Source of the DNA: an uncultured Clostridia bacterium
GTDB lineage: Bacteria; Bacillota; Clostridia; Oscillospirales; Oscillospiraceae
NCBI GenBank assembly: GCA_947365965.1
Contig: CANAZG010000004.1
Span: forward strand, 2,919-66,918
DNA length: 64,000 nt
Reading direction: 5' to 3'
The translations under genes and the position numbers were made by a program. Shown here piece after piece: positions 1 through 8,483 of this stretch (positions are counted from its first letter, which is position 1; the number at the start of each line of letters is the position of its first letter). The notes under the pieces were generated by a model that was not told the DNA's origin, ran no database searches, and was given only the letters and a program-made list of their open reading frames with translations.

Positions 1-673
1 TGTACTCCCTGTCCCCGGTCTCTGTCCCCTCCAGCCGGAACCGGCGCTGAAAGGCCAGGATCCGGGACTCCGGCGGCAGCAGCTCCCTCAGCTCCGGGGC
101 CAGCAGCCAGGAGCGGCACAGATAGGGCCGTCCGGCCCAGGCCGGGAAGCGGTCCGCGAAAAAGGACCGGGCCCAGTCCAGGGACCTGCCGCACCTGTCC
201 GGGGTCAGTGCCGCGTCCGAGGGGATATGGATGCTGATCCATGGCCCCCCGTCCCCGGTTCGCAGCTCGTACTCCAGCTCCCCCAGCCGGAACAGGGTCC
301 CGCTGATCTGCCGGGCCGTCCACCAGCCCCGGTCAAAGGCCGGAACGCCGGTGATCTGCCGGCACTCCTCCAGAAACCGGGGAAAACAGCCCATGGTGGC
401 GAAGTAGATCTGGTCCGGGATGCCCCGCTCCCCGTACCAGGAGTAAAGGTCCGCCCCGCAGGAGAGCATACAGGCCAGCAGCTTGTACTGCCGCCGGTCC
501 TCCCCCAGCAGGTCCTTCAGCAACGCCCGCCCCTGGGCCTCGGTGTCCATGTGCCGGAGCAGATCCAGGGCGGGGGTCAGCCGGTCCCGGTCTGTCTCCC
601 GCCAAAAGTCCAGCGCCGCCCACCGGGCCTCCTCCTGCAAGCGAATGCCTTGGCACAGCGCCGTCAGCTCCAT
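1..673 (-). CDS. Conserved hypothetical protein, possibly acyltransferase-like; 3' end lies beyond the window start
   Basis: ATG at 673 preceded by SD GAGGGAGGGGAG, 14 nt after the upstream SDR stop. The frame stays open to position 1, so it is absent from the stop-bounded ORF track. Own translation: MELTALCQGIRLQEEARWAALDFW...WWTARQISGTLFRLGELEYEL. The family call is from memory and weak. Confidence 0.5.
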   Translation of the reverse strand, partial: MELTALCQGIRLQEEARWAALDFWRETDRDRLTPALDLLRHMDTEAQGRALLKDLLGEDRRQYKLLACMLSCGADLYSWYGERGIPDQIYFATMGCFPRFLEECRQITGVPAFDRGWWTARQISGTLFRLGELEYELRTGDGGPWISIHIPSDAALTPDRCGRSLDWARSFFADRFPAWAGRPYLCRSWLLAPELRELLPPESRILAFQRRFRLEGTETGDREY

Positions 674-687
674 GGCTCCCCTCCCTC

Positions 688-1422
688 TTACAGAATAAAG
701 CCTCCGTCCGCCGTGAGGACCTGGCCGGTGATGAATCCCGCCTTGTCCCCGGCCAGGAAGGCCACCGCCTCCGCGATCTCCTCCGGCGCGCCCAGCCGGC
801 CCATGGGTGTCTCCTCCGCCAGGGCCTCCATGGTCTCCCGGCCCAGGACCTCCACCATGTCCGTGCGGATGACCCCAGGGGCCACGCAGTTGACCCGAAT
901 GCCAGAGGGGGCCAGCTCCATGGCCAGGGAGCGGGTGAGGCCGATGAGGGCCGCCTTGGTGGCGGAGTAGGCGGTCTCGCAGGAGGCGCCCCGCTGGCCC
1001 CAGATAGAGGAGATATTCACGATGGACCCCGTCTTCTCGTGGAGCATGTGGGGCAGCACCGCCTGGATGGTGTGGAAAGCGCCGTCCACGTTCACGGCAA
1101 AAATCCGCCGCCAGAAGTCCTCCTCAATGTCCTGGAACAGAGACTGCTGGGCTGTGCCCGCGTTGTTCACCAGCAGGGAGACCGGGCCGAAGGCCGTCTC
1201 CACCCGTGTGACAGCGGCGGTGATGGCCGCCCGGTCCGCCACATCGGCCTGGACCGCCAGGGCCTCATGCCCCTGGCTCCGCAGCTCGCTCTCCAGGGCA
1301 AGGGCCTGATCCCGGGCCTGGAGGTAGTTGATGCCCACGGACCAGCCCTCCGCCGCCAAACGGCGGACAACGGCCCGTCCAATGCCCCGGTTGCCGCCGG
1401 TGACAAACGCTGTTCTGCCCAT
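688..1422 (-). CDS. SDR family oxidoreductase (FabG-like 3-oxoacyl-ACP reductase)
   Basis: ORF track gives 688..1647. Start moved to ATG 1422 (MGRTAFVTGGNRGIG, Rossmann TGxxxGIG) with a GGAGGAG SD. NNAG and YSATK catalytic motifs are present. Confidence 0.85.
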   Translation of the reverse strand: MGRTAFVTGGNRGIGRAVVRRLAAEGWSVGINYLQARDQALALESELRSQGHEALAVQADVADRAAITAAVTRVETAFGPVSLLVNNAGTAQQSLFQDIEEDFWRRIFAVNVDGAFHTIQAVLPHMLHEKTGSIVNISSIWGQRGASCETAYSATKAALIGLTRSLAMELAPSGIRVNCVAPGVIRTDMVEVLGRETMEALAEETPMGRLGAPEEIAEAVAFLAGDKAGFITGQVLTADGGFIL

Positions 1423-1452
1423 GTTCTCTCCTCCTGTGTAAAATAACCCCCT

Positions 1453-1485
1453 GGCCTGTTTTTGCAGGCTGAAGTTAAGAAGTAA
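1453..1485 (+). pseudogene. Remnant of a Hol-Tox-type toxin ORF (last 10 codons only)
   Basis: GGCCTGTTTTTGCAGGCTGAAGTTAAGAAGTAA (GLFLQAEVKK*) aligns with GLFLQVYNCKKK* of the intact copies. An in-frame TAA lies 2 codons upstream and there is no start codon. Confidence 0.6.
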
Positions 1486-1493
1486 CCGCCTCC

Positions 1494-1592
1494 AGCTCCG
1501 ACGGTTACTTTTTTCATCACATAAGGACACCAGCCGCTTACCGGCAGTGCCCTTTCTATATTCAGTATAGCCGGATGAACCGGCCTTGTCAA
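1494..1592 (-). ncRNA. Third copy of the antitoxin-sRNA promoter and body, oriented toward the SDR gene
   Basis: On the minus strand: TTGACA (1587-1592), 17-nt spacer, TATACT (1564-1569), then GAAAGGGCACTGCCGG.., similar to the 37020 and 37390 units. The hairpin at 1477-1514 lacks a U-run in this orientation. Confidence 0.45.
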
Positions 1593-1633
1593 GAACCACT
1601 CCCCAGGCCTGGGGAGTGCTGTGAAAAACAGAT

Positions 1634-1660
1634 GCAGGGGTGAGCATTGCTCACCCCTGC
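1634..1660 (-). terminator. GC-rich hairpin family copy; terminator of the xpaC-telA-TPM operon
   Basis: GCAGGGGTGAGC ATT GCTCACCCCTGC. On the minus strand it is followed by ATCTGTTTTT. It lies 20 nt after the TPM stop. Confidence 0.7.
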
Positions 1661-1679
1661 GCCGTCTGACGAAAATCGT

Positions 1680-2720
1680 CTATCGTCTGCCGCCGAAGCC
1701 GCCGCCCCGACCGCCTCCGAAGCTTCCTCCACGGGATCCGCCGCCAAATCCTCCGCTGCGGCTTCCTCCCCCAAAGCTGCCGCTTCTGGGTCCGCCGAAG
1801 CTACCGCCACGGGATCCGCCGCCGAAGCTTCCGCTGCGGGGCGGGGTGAAGCCTCCGCCCATCGGCGGACGGGGCCCTCCTCCCATGGGGGGCCTGGGTC
1901 CTCTGGGGCCGCCGCCCATGGGGGGGCGGGGACCGGGACCTCTGTGGCGCGGGGGCGGGGGCGCGTAGTGCCGCCGGTACCAGCGGCTGCCGGGCCGGTG
2001 CCACCAGAGAATGGGACGGTAGACCACCGGCGGGACCGGCATACCGCCGTAGCGGCCGTACCAGCTGCTGTAGCGCAGGCTGTCCACCATGGTGAAGAGC
2101 ACAATCAGGAAGATCAGCAGCAGGACTATGGGGATCAGGGCCGCGATGACGCCGAACACCCCGCTTCCGCCCTCTCCGCCGGAACCGTAGGGCTGGAGCA
2201 GCAGGTGGAGCTGGCCCATCAGGTTCAGCACGCCGCCGCTGTAGTCCTTCTGCTGGACATATCCGGCCATGCAGGCGTCCACAAAACTGGTGGACTGGGC
2301 GGCCAGCAGGTCGTAGAAGCTGCCGCTGGCCACCAGCCGGTAGTCCTCCGCGCCGGCGTCGATGAGGAGGATGGCGTCATTCTCCCCCAGCAGCAGGTCC
2401 TCCGCCCAGGTCCAGGCGGCCTCCTCAATGCCGCCCAGAGAGGCGGTCCCTTGGGTGGTGACCACGGCCAGAATGCCCCGGTTGCTTTTATCCCAGTTGG
2501 CGTTGTAGAGCAGGATGCTCTTCTCCGCACCGGCGGAGAGGGCGTTGGCCTCGTCCACCAGGTAGGCGCTGAGGTAGGCGGTGCTCAGGCTGTCGTCCAG
2601 GGCTGCGCCGCCCTCCGGCACCTCCACCTGGGGCCGCTTGGAGAGGCCGTAGAGGGAGGAGAGGGCGATGGCCGCGATAAGGACAAAGGCCGCGAATGCT
2701 TTGTTTTTCAATAGCTTCAT
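1680..2720 (-). CDS. TPM-domain membrane protein with a Pro/Gly/Arg-rich C-terminal tail
   Basis: 346-aa ORF with an N-terminal signal/TM segment, a TPM (TLP18.3/Psb32-like) core, a TM helix, then a ~110-aa tail of PPMGGGPRG and GGSRGGSFGG repeats. Confidence 0.75.
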   Translation of the reverse strand: MKLLKNKAFAAFVLIAAIALSSLYGLSKRPQVEVPEGGAALDDSLSTAYLSAYLVDEANALSAGAEKSILLYNANWDKSNRGILAVVTTQGTASLGGIEEAAWTWAEDLLLGENDAILLIDAGAEDYRLVASGSFYDLLAAQSTSFVDACMAGYVQQKDYSGGVLNLMGQLHLLLQPYGSGGEGGSGVFGVIAALIPIVLLLIFLIVLFTMVDSLRYSSWYGRYGGMPVPPVVYRPILWWHRPGSRWYRRHYAPPPPRHRGPGPRPPMGGGPRGPRPPMGGGPRPPMGGGFTPPRSGSFGGGSRGGSFGGPRSGSFGGGSRSGGFGGGSRGGSFGGGRGGGFGGRR

Positions 2721-2737
2721 ATGATTACAACTCCTAT

Positions 2738-2788
2738 CTTCTTTTCTTTATGAACCAAGAAAAGAAGCAAAAGAAACACTTGTTAGAC
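2738..2788 (+). repeat. AT-rich hairpin repeat, copy 1 (F orientation)
   Basis: CTTCTTTTCTT tatgaacc AAGAAAAGAAG, then CAAAAGAAACACTTGTTAGAC. Lies between telA and the TPM gene. Confidence 0.75.
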
Positions 2789-2803
2789 AGTTCTGACGGC
2801 AGA

Positions 2804-3976
2804 TTATCCCCGCAGCTCCATGAGCTTCTGCTTCAGCTCGCCCTCAATGCGGCCCAGCTCCACCTCGGCCTCTCGGCGCTTCTGGGCGCCGTCCCGCTGG
2901 ATCTGGATCACCTCGTCCAGGGTGGAGATGAGCTGCTGATTGGTGTGCTGGAGGGTCTCAATGTCGATGATGGCCCGCTCGGCCTCCTTGGCGGTGGCGA
3001 TGGTGCCCATCTTGAGCATGTCCGCGTTCTTCTTGAGCAGCTCGTTGGTGGCGTTGGTCACGGCGGTCTGGGCGGCAGTGGCCTTGCGGCTGTTCTCCAG
3101 GCCCAGGGCCAGCACCATCTGGCTCTTCCACAGGGGGATGGTGTTGACCAGGGAGGACTGGATCTTCTCCACCATCAGGGTGTCGTTATTCTGGAGCATC
3201 CTGGTCTGGGGCCCCATCTGGATGGACACCATGCGGGTCAGCTCCAGGTCGTGGAGCTTCTTGTCAAATCGGTCGCACATCTGAGTCAGATCGTTGTAGG
3301 CCTGGGCGTCCTCCTGCCGGCCGGAGGCCTCCGCCTTTTTGCGCAGCTCCTCCAGCTGTCCGGAGCGGACCTCCGCCAGCCGCTTCTTGCCGGCGATGAT
3401 ATACATGGTCAGCTCCTTGTAGTACTTCAGGTTCAGCTCATACATCTGGTCGAACATGGCGATGTCCTTCATGAGCACCACCTGATGCTGCTCCAGCTCC
3501 CGGGCGATCTTCTCCACATTGGCCTCGGCCTTGCCGTACTGGGCTTTCATGGCCTCCATCTTGTTTCCGGCCTTTTTGAAGAAGCCGAACAGGCCCTTTT
3601 CCTCCTCCTCCTGGCCGAAGCTCTTCAGCTCCACCACCAGACTGGAGAGGGTGTCGCCCACCTCCCCCAGATCCTTGGTGCGCACCTTGCTCAGGGCGCT
3701 CTCGGAGAAGGAGGCCACGCCCTTCTGGGCGGCCACGCCGTATTGCAGGATCAGCTGGGAGTCGTTGAGGTCGATCTTTTTGGAGAAGTCGTCCACCACC
3801 TTCTTCTCCTCCTCGTTGAGCATACTGTCGTCAATCACCACGGGCTCGGCCTTGGGCTTCTCCGGCTCCACGGCAGGGGCGGCGGGCTCAGCGCCCAGGG
3901 TGAGGGTGGGGATCTCCGCCTTGGCCGCGTCGGCGTTCAGGGTCAGCTGGGGCATCATGCCCTCCATGTCAGTCAT
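2804..3976 (-). CDS. TelA/YaaN family toxic-anion-resistance protein
   Basis: 390-aa ORF with an AAGGAGG SD 7 nt upstream. The sequence is coiled-coil rich and TelA-like. It is adjacent to an xpaC-like gene, as in Bacillus xpaC-yaaN. Confidence 0.8.
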   Translation of the reverse strand: MTDMEGMMPQLTLNADAAKAEIPTLTLGAEPAAPAVEPEKPKAEPVVIDDSMLNEEEKKVVDDFSKKIDLNDSQLILQYGVAAQKGVASFSESALSKVRTKDLGEVGDTLSSLVVELKSFGQEEEEKGLFGFFKKAGNKMEAMKAQYGKAEANVEKIARELEQHQVVLMKDIAMFDQMYELNLKYYKELTMYIIAGKKRLAEVRSGQLEELRKKAEASGRQEDAQAYNDLTQMCDRFDKKLHDLELTRMVSIQMGPQTRMLQNNDTLMVEKIQSSLVNTIPLWKSQMVLALGLENSRKATAAQTAVTNATNELLKKNADMLKMGTIATAKEAERAIIDIETLQHTNQQLISTLDEVIQIQRDGAQKRREAEVELGRIEGELKQKLMELRG

Positions 3977-4178
3977 TTTCTGGTCCTCCTTCTTAATTGT
4001 CAGTGAGCACGTCTCTTAGAACCTGTATTCACAACCGTTGACGCTGTCTGTCCGGCCTTTTTCCTGTCATACTGCGTCGATTTTCCTTCCAATCCGTCAG
4101 GATTACTGCGGAAAATCTTCTTGTCTGGCGGGAAAAATCCTCGCCCATCCAGCATCTCCCGGCTATGAATACAGGTTC

Positions 4179-4889
4179 TTACAGTTCAAGCTTGATGTCT
4201 GTGCCGTCGCCGTTCTTGGTGGTCTGGGCCTCCATGTGGTCCCCGGCCAGCCCCTCCCGGGCCAGCATAGTCTCCAGCACGGAGATGTCGGTGGAGATAT
4301 CCAGGGCGTCCTCGCCGAAGAGGCTGTCCAGCTGCTTCTCAAAGGCGGTGACAATCGCGCCCATGATGTTCTCCACCCGCTCCTTGGTGCCGGTGATGTT
4401 CTCCCCGGCCACGCCGGTGGAGTCCATGCGGTCGTAGGCGTTGAGGAGCTTCAGGGTGGTGGGCAGGTAGTAGTCCATAAAGCGGCGGATCTGGGGCAGC
4501 TTGGCGGGGTCCGCCTTCACCTGCTGGAAGATCTGCTGGCACACGGTCTCCAGCCGGCGGATGTCGGCGGAGATCTTCTCGTCCTCGATGGCGTCGTCCA
4601 GACGCTTCATCTCGCTGACAGCCTTCCTGCCGTCGGAGATCATTTTATCCAGCTCCGCATTGCCGGTGGGCTTCTCCTCCTCCTTGGGGGGATCGGGAAT
4701 CGCGGTTTCGATCACCTCGTCCTTGCAGATGCTCCCCAGCAGGAGGAACACCCCTGCGGACAGCAGGGCGGCAAAGACGAAATGGTTCCATCGGTAGAGG
4801 TCAAAGGCCAGGGCGTAGACCACCCAGACGGCGGCCGCACCGTAGAAGGGAGCGGCGGATTTGCGGACTTTTTTGACTGTATTTGGCAT
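4179..4889 (-). CDS. 5-bromo-4-chloroindolyl phosphate hydrolysis (XpaC-like) membrane protein
   Basis: 236-aa ORF with a GAGGAGGG SD, two N-terminal TM helices and an XpaC-like C-terminal domain. It is the first gene of the xpaC-telA-TPM cluster. Confidence 0.7.
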   Translation of the reverse strand: MPNTVKKVRKSAAPFYGAAAVWVVYALAFDLYRWNHFVFAALLSAGVFLLLGSICKDEVIETAIPDPPKEEEKPTGNAELDKMISDGRKAVSEMKRLDDAIEDEKISADIRRLETVCQQIFQQVKADPAKLPQIRRFMDYYLPTTLKLLNAYDRMDSTGVAGENITGTKERVENIMGAIVTAFEKQLDSLFGEDALDISTDISVLETMLAREGLAGDHMEAQTTKNGDGTDIKLEL

Positions 4890-5112
4890 GTAGAGCCCTC
4901 CTCGCTGTTGGTACCTTTAGAGTATACTGCGAAATGGGCGGAAGGTCAAGGAGGGGAAATGAAATTAAGAAGTTTCAGCGGGGAGAGCGCCGTTCCGGCG
5001 GGCAGCCCCGGGGCTGCCCGCCGGAACGGCATTGTCCCCAAAAACAGGATTGCCTCTTTACGAATCCGTCAATATCGTGTAGAATACCCTCAGAAGAAAA
5101 AGAAAGGAGGCG

Positions 5113-6102
5113 GTGGTCATCAGCAGCTATGTACTTCACCTGCCGGAGGATGAGAGTATTGTCCTCTCCGGCCCGGCGGCCCGGCGTCTTATCAGCGGCG
5201 GGAACGGCGACGCAGCCCTGCTCTATATCGCGGTGCTGCACAGTCACGGCTGCATTGACAACGACCAGCTGCTCCGCCAGCTGAGATGGCCGGAGGAGCG
5301 GTTCCGCCGGGGTCTGTCCGCCCTGGCGGGCCTGGGTCTTATTATGGCGCCGGCCGGCGGGAGCGCCCCGCCTCCGGCGGAGGAGGCGCCACCTGCCGCC
5401 CGGCGGGAGGACCGCCGCCCCGAGTACACCAGGACCGATATGGCCAGGGCCCTGGAGGGGCACGAGTTCGCCGGCCTCACCGGCGCGGTGGAGGACAAGC
5501 TGGGCAAGAAGCTCACCACCCCGGATCTGGAGATCCTCCTGGGCCTCTATGACCATCTGGGCCTGCCGGCGGATGTGATTTTCTCCCTGGTGGGCTTCTG
5601 CATGGAGAAAATCGCCGCCCGGTACGGCCCGGGGCGGCGGCCCACCCTGCGCCAGATCGAGCAGGAGGGCTACGCCTGGGCCCGCCACGGGATCTTTGAC
5701 CAGGAAAGCGCCTCCGCCCATATCAAGAAGTACCAGCAGACCCGGGAGGCGATTCCCCAGCTCATGGCCCTGCTGGGCCTGGAGGACCGGAAGCCCTCCC
5801 CGGGGGAGGAGAAGTACCTGACCGCCTGGAGCGAGATGGGCTTTGACCGCGACGTCATTCTCAAGGCCTACGACAGGACCGTGCTGCGGTGCAAGGAGCT
5901 GCGCTGGCCCTATATGAACAAGATTCTGGACTCCTGGCACAAGAAGGGCCTCCACACCCTGGCCCAGGTGGAGGCGGGGGACCGGCCCGCCCCGGAGCGC
6001 CGCCGGGACAGCCGAAGGAGCGCCGTTGGCACGGTCCAAGAGGACATGGCACAGATGGAGCGGTTTCGCCAGCAGCTCCGCGAGCAGAAGGAGGGACGGT
6101 AG
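5113..6102 (+). CDS. DnaD-domain replication initiation / membrane attachment protein (Firmicutes DnaB/DnaD type)
   Basis: 329 aa. GTG start with an AAAGGAGG SD. Two DnaD C-terminal-like repeats (..LRQIEQEGYAWARHGI.., ..MNKILDSWHKKGLHTL..). Confidence 0.75.
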   Translation: MVISSYVLHLPEDESIVLSGPAARRLISGGNGDAALLYIAVLHSHGCIDNDQLLRQLRWPEERFRRGLSALAGLGLIMAPAGGSAPPPAEEAPPAARREDRRPEYTRTDMARALEGHEFAGLTGAVEDKLGKKLTTPDLEILLGLYDHLGLPADVIFSLVGFCMEKIAARYGPGRRPTLRQIEQEGYAWARHGIFDQESASAHIKKYQQTREAIPQLMALLGLEDRKPSPGEEKYLTAWSEMGFDRDVILKAYDRTVLRCKELRWPYMNKILDSWHKKGLHTLAQVEAGDRPAPERRRDSRRSAVGTVQEDMAQMERFRQQLREQKEGR

Positions 6103-7098
6103 ATGGCCCAGGACGCGAAGATCATGGCGGCGGCCCTGCGCCGCTATCAGGCGGACCAGGACGCCCGAAAGAAGGAGTGGGACAACCGGGTCCGCACCCT
6201 TTACCGCCGCCTGCCCCGGCTGGCGATCATAGAGCGGGAGCTCCAGGGCACCGCCGCCAAGATCATTCTGGCCGCCTTCAGCGAGGGGAACCCGGACCAG
6301 GCCGTGGCGGAGCTGGAGCGGGAGAATCTGGAGCTCCAGCGGGAGCGGGCGGAGCTGCTGGTGGGGGCCGGGTACCCCTACGACTACCTGGATGAGAAGC
6401 CCACCTGTCCCATCTGTCAGGACGCGGGGATCCTGCCCGACGGCGGGGCCTGCCGGTGCCTGATGGCCTACTATGCCCGGGAGCAGAACCGGCGGCTGAG
6501 CCGCCTGCTGGATCTGGGCAGCCAGTCCTTTGACACCTTCTCCTTTGACTGGTACAGCAATCAGATCTGGGACCAGTTCGGCCGCAGCCCACTGGAGAAC
6601 ATGGAGATGATCCGGGAGATCTGCGGCAACTACGCCCACACCTTCGGCCCCCAGAGCGGCAACATGCTCTTCACCGGCGCGCCGGGCCTGGGCAAGACCT
6701 TTCTCTCCGCCTGCATCGCCCGGGAGGTCAGCGATCTGGGCTTCTCCGTGGTCTACGACACAGCGGCCCATATCTTCCAGCGCTTTGAGTGCGAGAAGTT
6801 CGGCCGGGAGAGCGCCCTGGAGGAGAATGCCTGGGAGGACGTGGGCCGGTACCTCCACTGCGACCTGCTGATTATGGACGACCTGGGCACGGAGATGCGC
6901 ACCGACTTCGTCCAGGCCGCCTTCTACCGGATCGTTAACGACCGGCTCCTCCACCGGCGCAAGACCGTGCTCTCCACCAACCTGGACCTCGAGGACATCG
7001 CCCGCCGGTACGGCGACGCGGTGCTGTCCCGGCTGCGGGGGGAGTACCAGCTGCTCCGGTTCTTCGGGGAGGACATCCGCCTCCTGAAGCGGAAATAG
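6103..7098 (+). CDS. DnaC/DnaI-like AAA+ helicase loader
   Basis: 331 aa. Start abuts the upstream stop (TAGATG). Cys cluster CPICQDAG..CRC, Walker A GAPGLGKTF, Walker B LLIMDDLG. Confidence 0.85.
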   Translation: MAQDAKIMAAALRRYQADQDARKKEWDNRVRTLYRRLPRLAIIERELQGTAAKIILAAFSEGNPDQAVAELERENLELQRERAELLVGAGYPYDYLDEKPTCPICQDAGILPDGGACRCLMAYYAREQNRRLSRLLDLGSQSFDTFSFDWYSNQIWDQFGRSPLENMEMIREICGNYAHTFGPQSGNMLFTGAPGLGKTFLSACIAREVSDLGFSVVYDTAAHIFQRFECEKFGRESALEENAWEDVGRYLHCDLLIMDDLGTEMRTDFVQAAFYRIVNDRLLHRRKTVLSTNLDLEDIARRYGDAVLSRLRGEYQLLRFFGEDIRLLKRK

Positions 7099-7191
7099 GA
7101 TGGAAATATTTTCCCCCTCCGACAGGATTTGCTCCCTTTTTTGGCGGACAAGCCGTAGAATGGAGAAAAGCTGCGGAAGGGGGAGTATTTT

Positions 7192-8013
7192 ATGATGGAA
7201 AGAAAGAAGAATCCGCTGTTTCAATCCAATCGCATCTACCAGATCCCCATAGACCAGATCGTGCCCAACCCCGGTCAGCCCCGCCGTCACTTTGAGGAGC
7301 AGTCCATGCGGGAGCTGGCGGAGTCGGTGCGCCAGCACGGGGTGATTCAGCCTCTGAGCGTGCAGAAGACCGGCAGCGGCTACATGCTGGTGGCCGGGGA
7401 GCGCCGCCTGCGGGCCGCAGGGATGGCGGGGCTGGCCAGGGTGCCCTGCATTCTGGTGAAGGCGTCGCCCCGGGAGAGCGCGGTGCTGGCCCTGGTGGAG
7501 AATTTGCAGCGGTGCGATCTCCACTACATGGACGAGGCGGCGGCCATTGCCCGGCTGATCTCGTCCTACGGCATGAGCCAGGAGGAGGCGGCCCGCCGTC
7601 TGGGCCGGTCCCAGCCGGCGGTGGCCAACAAGCTGCGCCTGCTGCGCCTGAGCGAGGCCTGCGTGTCCCTGCTGCGGCAGTACGGTCTCACGGAGCGCCA
7701 CGCCCGAGCCCTTCTGCGCCTGGAGGGGGAGGAGGCCCAGCTGGCGGCCCTGCGGCACATCGGGGAGCGGGGGCTGAACGTGGCGGCCAGCGAGGAGTAC
7801 ATAGACGCTCTCCTGCAGAAGCCCCAGCGGACGGACCCGCCACGGCGGCCGGTGTATGTCATCAAGGATGTGCGTCTGTTCCTCAACAGCGTCAACCGGG
7901 GCATGGAGACCATCCGCCGGGCCGGCGTCAACGCCCGGTACGACAAACAGGAGAGCGAGGAGGAGATCACCATCACCATCCAGATCCCCAAGCGCAAGGC
8001 TGCGGCGGGGTGA
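7192..8013 (+). CDS. ParB/Noc family protein (second ParB paralogue in the window)
   Basis: 273 aa with a GGGGGAG SD. It has the ParB N-terminal motif GERRLRAA and an HTH region. A Noc versus ParB assignment is not possible by eye. Confidence 0.75.
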   Translation: MMERKKNPLFQSNRIYQIPIDQIVPNPGQPRRHFEEQSMRELAESVRQHGVIQPLSVQKTGSGYMLVAGERRLRAAGMAGLARVPCILVKASPRESAVLALVENLQRCDLHYMDEAAAIARLISSYGMSQEEAARRLGRSQPAVANKLRLLRLSEACVSLLRQYGLTERHARALLRLEGEEAQLAALRHIGERGLNVAASEEYIDALLQKPQRTDPPRRPVYVIKDVRLFLNSVNRGMETIRRAGVNARYDKQESEEEITITIQIPKRKAAAG

Positions 8014-8016
8014 GGG

Positions 8017-8066
8017 GGTAATCATCCTTTTTCTTGAAAGAAAAAGGATCAAAAAGAACTTTTAAC
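8017..8066 (+). repeat. AT-rich hairpin repeat, copy 2 (F)
   Basis: GGTAATCATCCTTTTTCTTGAAAGAAAAAGGATCAAAAAGAACTTTTAAC, 4 nt after the ParB/Noc stop. Confidence 0.85.
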
Positions 8067-8483
8067 GGCGATGAAATATCTGCCGGCAGTCTATTGAGGG
8101 GTCATGTGCAAAGGTGATTTCATCATTGGGCAGGTTGGGGCGTTCCGGATATACCTGGGGCGCTCTTTTTCTTTATTCCCTGTTGTTCGGAGCGGCACAG
8201 CAGCCAAATGCGTCTGAAAAGGACCGGCGCAGATGCGCCGGTCCTTTTCAGGGGGTGGCGGCGTTCAGCCGCCAACAAGCGTCCGGTATCTATTCAGAAT
8301 GTTTGCCGCTGCGATTAAGCTTATAACTTAAATAAATGGGGGATCGAAAACCATCTGTAGTGAAGATATTGCTTGTGCATATCCATTCCAAAAAGATATT
8401 TTATAGTGATGGAAACCTCCGGCTGTTTTTTGCGACTATATAAGCGAAGGCACGCTAACGATACACTGAAAGGAGCGAAAAAG

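Noticed and set aside
4017-4040. The motif as a LexA (GAAC-N4-GTTC) or Rex (TTGTGAA-N4-TTCACAA) operator, based on GAACCTGTATTC and the adjacent TTCACAA.
   Set aside because: The second half-site deviates (ATTC rather than GTTC). For Rex the spacing is wrong and the second half is absent. No SOS or redox genes are adjacent.
4975-8052. Very long ORFs in the six-frame track: 4975..8052 (-, 1025 aa), 39857..42733 (-, 958 aa), 26237..28621 (-, 794 aa), 59371..61434 (+, 687 aa), 51912..53960 (-, 682 aa), 42462..44246 (-, 594 aa), and many others of 100-500 aa.
   Set aside because: They lie antisense to, or out of frame with, genes that have clear family motifs. Their products are Gly/Arg/Pro/Ala/His-rich with no motifs, as expected for stop-codon-poor shadow frames in DNA of over 60% GC.
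8114-8326. A 70-aa ORF (GTG start) in the low-GC spacer after the ParB/Noc gene.
   Set aside because: It has no SD and odd composition, and it spans a strong bidirectional hairpin (8216-8249). It is more likely non-coding.
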